A stretch of 39,588 nucleotides of DNA, from IMG/VR virus record IMGVR_UViG_3300020591_000140, positions 1 to 39,588 of that record; one strand, 5' to 3'. The stretch's first letter is position 1. Every line of letters begins with the position of its first letter. The notes under the pieces are model-generated. The model was given only the letters and a program-made list of their open reading frames with translations, was not told where the DNA came from and did no database searches. This document shows positions 33,274-39,588 of this stretch, one piece after another. Source of the DNA: a virus (Duplodnaviria > Caudoviricetes). A program made the position numbers and the translations under genes.

Positions 33274-34584
33274 GTGCCGCACGAATACGGCGTGCCTTGG
33301 TTCGATGGCGAGACCATCGATCTCATGGAGACGAAATCCGGCGAATTCGGCTTCACTCCCGAGGAGGAAGCCATCCTGCTCGGCGGCGCGATCCCGTCGG
33401 CTGCCGGCGTGTTCGTCAACCCCGAGCAGGCCAAGCTCGTTTCCGCGGCCTGGGCCTGCCGCCGCGTCATCTCCGAAGACATCGCCAAGATGCCCCGTGC
33501 GCTGAAGCTCACGAGCCGCGACAGCGCCGGTCGCCCGCGCTCGAAGGTGGACTACAACCATCCGGTGGCGCACGTGCTGTCCCGTCCCAACGAGTGGATG
33601 ACGGGCATGGAGTTCTTCGAGTGGCTGGTGGGCGTCGCCACGTTCCACGAAGGCGCATATGCGCTCATCACCCGTAACGAATATGGCTTCGTGCAGGAGC
33701 TGCTCCCGCTCATCCCCGGGTCCGTCACCTGCGAACACGTTCCAGGCTCGCGGTGGGAGCTGGTTTACCGCATCTCCGGCTACGGTGACACGATTGTTCC
33801 GTCGCCGGGCCAGTTGCTCAAGCTGCGCGGCCCGCTGCGCGACGATTATCTGCGGGGGCAATCGGTTTCGCATGTCGCCCGCGAGGCCATTGGGCTGGCG
33901 GCGGCTCTGGAGCAGAGCCAGGCGCGATTTCACGGCGACGATATGCGCCCGTCCGGCGGCATCCTCACGTCGAAGGTTACCGGGCTATCGCCGGAGCAGC
34001 GCAAAGAAATCCGCGAGCAGTGGGAGGCGCGCTACCGGCGCGGTGGTCCAGGTGGCATTGCCGTCCTGGACGGCGACTGGGAATACAAGTCCGCGACGCC
34101 AACGGCGTCTGACAGTCAGGTCATCGAGAACCGCCGCTTCCAGATCGAGGAGGTATGCCGGTTCTTCCGCGTCTTCCCGCAGGTGATCGGGCACAGCCAG
34201 GGCAGCGTCGGCTACAACGGCCACGAGCAGATCCTCAGCGCCCATGGCGAGCATACGCTGCTGCCATGGGTGCTGCGGCTCGAGCAGGCGCTGGAGCGGG
34301 ATCTGCTGAGCGAGGAAGAATACCGCTCCGGCTATCGCATCGATATCGACCAGGACGCGGTGAAGCGCGGCACGCTCTCCGATCGCGTAAACGCCTATGA
34401 CAAGGCTGTGAAGATTTACAAGACACCGAACGAGATCCGCGCCGAAGAGGGCCTGGAGCCCATCAACGATCCGGCGATGGACCGTGTGCAGCTCCTATCC
34501 AACAACACCGGTATGGCGCCGCGTCCGGAGCCGCCGAAACGCCGACTGTCCGCGCCACTGTGGCGCCGTTTGCTGCCCCGCTAG
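33274..34584 (+). CDS. HK97-family portal protein
   Basis: AWACRRVISEDIAKMP, PNEWMT..EF, G.S.V, AREAIGL, IEEVCRFFRVFP, TPNEIRAEEGLEP. Confidence 0.96.
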   Translation: MPHEYGVPWFDGETIDLMETKSGEFGFTPEEEAILLGGAIPSAAGVFVNPEQAKLVSAAWACRRVISEDIAKMPRALKLTSRDSAGRPRSKVDYNHPVAHVLSRPNEWMTGMEFFEWLVGVATFHEGAYALITRNEYGFVQELLPLIPGSVTCEHVPGSRWELVYRISGYGDTIVPSPGQLLKLRGPLRDDYLRGQSVSHVAREAIGLAAALEQSQARFHGDDMRPSGGILTSKVTGLSPEQRKEIREQWEARYRRGGPGGIAVLDGDWEYKSATPTASDSQVIENRRFQIEEVCRFFRVFPQVIGHSQGSVGYNGHEQILSAHGEHTLLPWVLRLEQALERDLLSEEEYRSGYRIDIDQDAVKRGTLSDRVNAYDKAVKIYKTPNEIRAEEGLEPINDPAMDRVQLLSNNTGMAPRPEPPKRRLSAPLWRRLLPR

Positions 34585-34605
34585 CCCACAACGAAAGGAC
34601 CAACC

Positions 34606-35673
34606 ATGTTTGCTCTTGCGATTGGCCGCAAGGCCGCTGCCCCCGCACGCACCAATCGTCCGGCCAATCGCCGGGAGGCGGAAACCTTCCCCGCTGCGCC
34701 GCTATCGACGGAAACGGACGCGCCGGTGGCTACGGTCACGGATGTCGAAGTCGCCTTGCCCGTGCGCAAGCGCTATCGCGGCGTCGTGGTGCGTAACCGG
34801 ACCGAACGCGCAGTCGTCGAGTTCGAGGCCGACGAGACGGCCGACCTTTACGCAGTGGCGGAAGCGCTGCTGCCGCAGATCCCGGCTGATGCCTGGACGC
34901 CGGACCCGTCCAACGATTACGGCTACATCGACCGCATCGATGAGGTCGAGGCGGAGCTGGTGGACGTGGAGGAAATCGGCGAGCCGGTCGAGCCGTCGCA
35001 GACCCTTTCGCGGCGGTTGCGGGCGTTGCGCGCCAGTTTGATACGCCAGCGGCTCGCGCAGCGGGCGCGTAAGATGGATGGCACAACGGAAATCGATCAG
35101 GCGTGGGATACGCTCGCGGCGTTTGTCTCCGAGCATGATGCTCTTGTCGCCGCCGGTGACGTCGACGGCCTTCGTAGCCTCGAATCGCGCATCACCGATT
35201 TTCTTGCTGTGCTGCCTACCACAGGTGCCGATGGCTTGGAGTTGCCAGGTGCCACAACGATCGCCCATCAAGCATGGCAACTGCGCGAGATGATCGCCGT
35301 AGATGTCGAGGAAATCGCTTATGCGCAGAACCCGGACGAAACATTTTCCCGCCGCCGCGCACGTTCGCATAAGGAAGATGAACTCATCGTCGACGATACG
35401 GGCGAGCCCGCCGCATCGAGCGTTCTCGAGCAGATCGCCGAGATAGAGGCTGCCGTCACGGCCATCATGGCCGGCGATCTCGGAGAAAATGCCGCGACCG
35501 AGCTTGCAGATCTCAGTGCCGAGGCGGCCGCGATCGCGCCGCAAACCGACGACGAGATTGCGGCTGTGGAAGCCCTCTCGGCATACATCGCGGAATGCAT
35601 CGCCGCGCTGGAACCGGACACGGCCGAAGTTCCTGCGGAGGCATTGTCCCGCCGTCGCCGCCGGGCCGCCTAA
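34606..35673 (+). CDS. Acidic modular protein between portal and protease
   Basis: GAAAGGA RBS; three D/E-rich modules ending TLSRR, TFSRR and ALSRR. Confidence 0.8.
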   Translation: MFALAIGRKAAAPARTNRPANRREAETFPAAPLSTETDAPVATVTDVEVALPVRKRYRGVVVRNRTERAVVEFEADETADLYAVAEALLPQIPADAWTPDPSNDYGYIDRIDEVEAELVDVEEIGEPVEPSQTLSRRLRALRASLIRQRLAQRARKMDGTTEIDQAWDTLAAFVSEHDALVAAGDVDGLRSLESRITDFLAVLPTTGADGLELPGATTIAHQAWQLREMIAVDVEEIAYAQNPDETFSRRRARSHKEDELIVDDTGEPAASSVLEQIAEIEAAVTAIMAGDLGENAATELADLSAEAAAIAPQTDDEIAAVEALSAYIAECIAALEPDTAEVPAEALSRRRRRAA

Positions 35674-35712
35674 CTAGGCTCCTCACCGCACCAACAGCAA
35701 CGGGAAACCGCC

Positions 35713-36300
35713 ATGACGCAACTGGAGCGCCGGCATCGCACGTTTCGCTTCAAGGCGCGTGAGATCGGCGAGGACGGGACGTTCGGCGGCTACGGATCGG
35801 TGTTCGGTGTCGTCGACACCTACGGCGATGTCGTGATGCCGGGCGCGTTTGCTGCGTCGCTCGCCGCCCATGCCGCCGAAGGCACCATGCCGTCGCTGCT
35901 GTGGCAGCACGACGACAAGCAGCCCATCGGCGTCTGGACGGACCTGCACGAGGACGAGCACGGCCTGTGGTGCGAAGGCCGTCTCGTGCTGGAAGTGCAG
36001 CAGGCCCGCGAGGCCCATGCGCTGATGAAGGCCGGCGCGCTCGACGGACTATCCATCGGCTTCGACCCCATCGATCACACGTTCGGGCCCCACAACGGCG
36101 TCGGCAATCATCGTCTCTTGAACGCTGTCGACCTGTGGGAGGTCTCGCCCGTGACGTTCCCGGCCTGCCGCCCTTCGCGCATCGAGCGGGTGAATTCCGC
36201 CTCCGCGCCAGCGCCCGCATTGCGCCCGGCACCGATCTTGGCCGCGCTGGCACGGCGCCAGGCGGCACTCGTACAGCTTCGCCGCAGCTTGCGGCGCTGA
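35713..36300 (+). CDS. HK97-family prohead protease
   Basis: FGGYGSVFGVVD..GDVV.PGAF, LLWQHD...PIGVW, GLSIGF, LWEVSPVTFPA. Confidence 0.96.
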   Translation: MTQLERRHRTFRFKAREIGEDGTFGGYGSVFGVVDTYGDVVMPGAFAASLAAHAAEGTMPSLLWQHDDKQPIGVWTDLHEDEHGLWCEGRLVLEVQQAREAHALMKAGALDGLSIGFDPIDHTFGPHNGVGNHRLLNAVDLWEVSPVTFPACRPSRIERVNSASAPAPALRPAPILAALARRQAALVQLRRSLRR

Positions 36301-36345
36301 TCCGTTCGCACGCGTAACCCCCAACTCAACATCGAGAGGACTGAT

Positions 36346-37833
36346 ATGAAAACCAACGCAGAGTTGGCGCCGGATGCCGTGCGCCTTGTTTCAGCCGGCG
36401 GCGAACTGGAGACACGTGCCGCCCCCCGCCCACTCGGCCCGATCTCCCGCCGTCTGGCTGAGCGCCATGCCGCAGATCCGACTGCCGTTATTGTGGAAGC
36501 GATCAACGATCAGACGCGACAGCTTCGTTCCATCGCCCGTCCGGCCCGGGTGGAAGCGCCGCGTCGAGCCCAGCCGGCCCACGAGCGCAGCCAGCGCGCG
36601 CTGCACGAGTTGCGCGCCACGGCAGAGCGGCGCGACGCCGCCGCCCGGCGGGGCCGCGCTGATCCGCTGTTCGATCAGCAGATGGCACGCATGAACGCGG
36701 CTATCGATCAGGCGCATGACGATGAGGTGCGCCAGCTCCGCGCCCGCAACCGGGAGCTGGAGCGCCGCGCAGCGCGGCCCATGGGGCCGTCGCGTGGATA
36801 TGCGGGCGCCCGCTCGCAGCGCTCCCAGGTGGTGGCCCTCTATCGCAAGGCGGCATTGCAGTACCTTCGCCACGGCGATGAGAGCGGCGTCAACGGTCTG
36901 TCGCTGCGGGCGCTGGAACGCAAGGTCGGGCTCAACACGGAAATGCTGCCGCAGGGCGGCGTGTTCGTGCATCCCGAGCACGACACCAGCGTCGAGAAGC
37001 TGCTGCAAGACGTGGTGCCGATGCGCCAGCTCGCCACCGTCAAGTCGATCAGCGCGGGCGAGTTCAAGAAGGCCGTTGATCTCGGCGGCACCAAAGCCAA
37101 GTGGGTTGGTGAGCGTGAGGAACGTCCCGAGACGGACGGGCCCGAGGTCGACGAGCTCAGCTTCCCGGCGCATGAACTGTACGCTGATCCGATCGCAACG
37201 CAGACGCTGCTGGAAGATAGTCTCATCGATATCGAGGCATGGCTGGCGGAGAGCGTACTGGATCAGTTCGCGCTGACAGAAGGCGAAACGTTCATCGCCG
37301 GCGACGGCGTGAAGAAGCCGTTCGGCCTTCTCGCCTATCCAAAGGTCGCGGACGGCAACTGGAAGTGGGGTTCGATCGGGTACCAGGTCACCGGAGTCGA
37401 TGGCGGCTTCGCAGCACCGGGCGCCCAGGTCAACCAGGGCGACAAGCTGTGGACGCTGATCTACTCGCTCAAGTCCGGGCACCGCCAGAACGCCAAGTTC
37501 CTCATGAACCGCGGCACGATCGGTCTCTGCCGCATTCTGAAGGACGGCGAGGGCCGCTGGATCTGGGCGGACGCCCGCGACGGCAACCCGAACAGCCTGT
37601 GCGGCTACGAGGTTGTCGAGGGTGAGCAGATGCCCGACGTGGCGGCGGATTCGTTCTCGATCGCGTTCGGCGACTTCGCCAAGACCTACCTGATCGTCGA
37701 CCGCGTCGGCGTCAGCGTGCTGCGCGACCCCTACAGCCGCAAGCCGTACATCCAGTTCTACACCCGCAAGCGTGTAGGTGGCGGCATCCAGAACTTCGAG
37801 ACCATGAAGCTGCTGAAGTTCGCGGACCAGTAA
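36346..37833 (+). CDS. HK97-fold major capsid protein with N-terminal delta domain
   Basis: Coiled-coil N-terminus; GGVFVHPE, WVGE...RPET, TQTLLEDS, FIAGDGVKKP.G, LKDGEGRWIW, IAFGDF, RDPYS.KP...FYTRKRVGG. Confidence 0.97.
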   Translation: MKTNAELAPDAVRLVSAGGELETRAAPRPLGPISRRLAERHAADPTAVIVEAINDQTRQLRSIARPARVEAPRRAQPAHERSQRALHELRATAERRDAAARRGRADPLFDQQMARMNAAIDQAHDDEVRQLRARNRELERRAARPMGPSRGYAGARSQRSQVVALYRKAALQYLRHGDESGVNGLSLRALERKVGLNTEMLPQGGVFVHPEHDTSVEKLLQDVVPMRQLATVKSISAGEFKKAVDLGGTKAKWVGEREERPETDGPEVDELSFPAHELYADPIATQTLLEDSLIDIEAWLAESVLDQFALTEGETFIAGDGVKKPFGLLAYPKVADGNWKWGSIGYQVTGVDGGFAAPGAQVNQGDKLWTLIYSLKSGHRQNAKFLMNRGTIGLCRILKDGEGRWIWADARDGNPNSLCGYEVVEGEQMPDVAADSFSIAFGDFAKTYLIVDRVGVSVLRDPYSRKPYIQFYTRKRVGGGIQNFETMKLLKFADQ

Positions 37834-37875
37834 GCGGCCCGACGGGCCACTCGCACCAACCCTTCCCATTCAATA

Positions 37876-37912
37876 GCACCCGGCTGTTGGCCGGTGGACA
37901 GAAGCCGGGTGC
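37876..37912 (+). other. Hairpin downstream of the capsid gene
   Basis: Perfect 10-bp IR GCACCCGGCT/AGCCGGGTGC, no U-tract (possible mRNA stabiliser or attenuator). Confidence 0.55.
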
Positions 37913-37936
37913 ATCAAATCGAGAAAGGCACGCGCC

Positions 37937-38398
37937 ATGCGCGATCTTTACAACAAGCTGAAAGTGGTCAAGTCGATCGGTTGCGCGGCGCTCGATGCCG
38001 ACAACACGCCGGTCGTCATCGACCGGCAGGGGTATGAATCGCTGGTCTACGAGCTGAACGTCGGTATTGGCGGCATCACGTTCAGTGGAGCCAACAAGAT
38101 CGAGTTCAAGCTCTATCACAGCGATAAGGAAACAGCCCCGGCGTTCCCCGGGGATTTTACGGCCGTTACCGCCGAGGATGTGCAGCTAGCTGATGGCGTC
38201 ACCGTAGGGGCTGGCGGCATCGTCAAGGCGCTCACCGCCGCCCATGCGGCGGCCAGCGTGACCAAGGTCGGCTACATCGGCAACAAGCGCTGGACGGCGC
38301 TGCTCGCCGACTTCACTGGCACCCACGGATCACCGACACCTGTCGCCGCCAACGCTATCCTGTCCGATCCGCACCGGTTGTCAGCGGTCGACGAATAA
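37937..38398 (+). CDS. Putative capsid accessory/decoration protein
   Basis: GAAAGG RBS; beta-rich, IDRQGYES...KVGYIGNKRW pattern; follows the capsid gene. Confidence 0.7.
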   Translation: MRDLYNKLKVVKSIGCAALDADNTPVVIDRQGYESLVYELNVGIGGITFSGANKIEFKLYHSDKETAPAFPGDFTAVTAEDVQLADGVTVGAGGIVKALTAAHAAASVTKVGYIGNKRWTALLADFTGTHGSPTPVAANAILSDPHRLSAVDE

Positions 38399-38458
38399 AA
38401 CCGCGCGGCCGGCCCCGCGCCGGCCCCGCCACCACAAACATCAATCGGGAACAGAACG

Positions 38459-38875
38459 ATGTCTCATGTCAGGATCACGCGGCCGTTCAAGGCGGTTGCG
38501 CCGGGCGAGGTTTATCCGCGCTTGTTTGCGGAAGGCGAAGTGGTGAGCGGCCGTGTCGCCGAACTGGCCCTGCGCAACGGCGCCGGCGAAGCAACGGACG
38601 AGGCTTCGACGGTCGGGAGCACCGACGGATCGGCTGCCGATAACGGCGGCGAAGGCGACGATACCGCCGCTAACGATGATCCGGTACGCAAGGCGAGGGT
38701 GAGCCGCCAGATCGAGATCGAAGACAATGGCACGCCGGTGCGTTTCGCCCGCGGCTCCGTCGTCGAAGGACAACTGGCTGAACGCCTGGTGGATGAAGGC
38801 GTTGCCGCTTGGATCGACGATAAGCCCGCGCCGTCTGCCAACAAGTCGGCCGGCTCTGCACCGCAGAAGAAGTAA
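38459..38875 (+). CDS. Small virion-associated protein with internal duplication
   Basis: Two similar units (RLFAEGEVVSGRVAELAL / RFARGSVVEGQLAERLV); C-terminal APSANK. Confidence 0.7.
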   Translation: MSHVRITRPFKAVAPGEVYPRLFAEGEVVSGRVAELALRNGAGEATDEASTVGSTDGSAADNGGEGDDTAANDDPVRKARVSRQIEIEDNGTPVRFARGSVVEGQLAERLVDEGVAAWIDDKPAPSANKSAGSAPQKK

Positions 38876-38902
38876 TCCATCAAGCTCGCGCGGGGGCGCC
38901 AC

Positions 38903-39460
38903 ATGCTTGTTAATGTCGTGACGCCGCCCGCGAGCGAGCCAATCTCGCTGGCGGAACTCAAGGGGCACCTGCGGGTGCTCCATGATACCGAGGACGTTTA
39001 CCTCGACACGCTGATTGCGGCGGCGCGTATGCACCTCGAGGAAACATCAGGGGCGGCGATAGCAACCCGGACGCTCGATGGCTTTCTTTCGGGGTTCCCA
39101 CGCGGGGGGATCGTGCTGCCGCAGCCGCCATTGCAAAGCGTCGTGTCGATCAAATATCGCGACCACGATGGTGCCACGCAGACGCTGGCGCCGGAGCGTT
39201 ATCACGTCGAGACGGTGCAGCGCCCCGGCCGTATTCATTTGCTCAGCGGCAACTGGCCCTCGACGCAGGTACATCCGCACGCGGTGGAGGTGCGGTTTGT
39301 TGCAGGGTTTGACGCGATCCCGGCGGATTTCAAGCACGCGATGAAGCTCCTGTGCGGTCACTGGTATTTCAACCGCGAATTGGCAGGTGACGGGCGCTCT
39401 AACGCCCCATTCGCCGTCGAGGCGCTGGTGCAGAAGTATCGAACGCACGGGTGGATGTGA
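38903..39460 (+). CDS. Head-tail connector (phiE125 gp8/gp6-like)
   Basis: PPASEPISLAELKGHLRV..EDVYLDTLIAAAR..E; P..PLQSV.SIKY; F.AGF; GHWYFNRE. Confidence 0.92.
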   Translation: MLVNVVTPPASEPISLAELKGHLRVLHDTEDVYLDTLIAAARMHLEETSGAAIATRTLDGFLSGFPRGGIVLPQPPLQSVVSIKYRDHDGATQTLAPERYHVETVQRPGRIHLLSGNWPSTQVHPHAVEVRFVAGFDAIPADFKHAMKLLCGHWYFNRELAGDGRSNAPFAVEALVQKYRTHGWM

Positions 39461-39588
39461 TGGGTGCCGGGGCAAAGACCGAGCTCGTCACCTTCGAGCG
39501 CGAAACGAATACGCGCCGCGATGGCGGTGGGATGACGGCCGTATGGTCGACAATCGGACAGGCGTGGGCCCGTGTCGAGTGGATCGGC
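39460..39588 (+). CDS. Head closure/head-tail adaptor protein (truncated by window end)
   Basis: TGATG overlap; MGAGAKTELVTFER...DGGG....W......WARV. Confidence 0.8.
   Translation, partial: MGAGAKTELVTFERETNTRRDGGGMTAVWSTIGQAWARVEWIG

Larger units (their letters stand above)
1..39588. mobile_element. Temperate prophage (left part), HK97-like head module, integrated at tRNA-His
   Basis: Integrase at a tRNA 3' end, then cI/cro, replication, HNH-terS-terL-portal-protease-capsid-connector in lambdoid order; continues beyond the right edge. Confidence 0.97.

Noticed and set aside
36391-37869. 492-aa minus-strand ORF
   Set aside because: Antisense shadow of the major capsid gene

Overview
Left ~40 kb of a GC-rich temperate siphovirus-type prophage (HK97-like head) in an alphaproteobacterium, probably Hyphomicrobiales-like. 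The evidence for the host is a tRNA-His with an A discriminator, a GAAC-N7-GAAC LexA box and a GapR homolog. The window opens in the 3' half of tRNA-His (att site), which the large serine integrase ORF reads through on the minus strand. Then come a leftward early operon (DUF5131, MazG-like, ProQ/FinO), a cI/cro switch with ATCCAAC operators and an apparently non-cleavable repressor, and a long rightward early/middle operon (VRR-NUC, iteron-containing initiator with a DnaA domain I-like tail, MT-A70 methylase, GapR, Q-like HTH, stand-alone DnaA domain IV, ASCH-like, MazG, J-domain, thermonuclease). An accessory region follows (SRAP, LexA-boxed promoter, m4C methylase-McrB-McrC operon, a membrane-HTH gene carrying a GGACNGTCC array, RHH plus small membrane genes), then HNH-terS-terL-portal-protease-capsid-connector genes. 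Most notable: two extra genes inside the head operon, an Acb1-like 2H phosphoesterase and an acidic three-module protein. Their Arg-rich tails resemble the prohead protease tail (LRRSLR is shared exactly with the 2H protein), which suggests capsid-packaged anti-defence cargo. All family assignments come from motif recognition by eye; no database searches were run.
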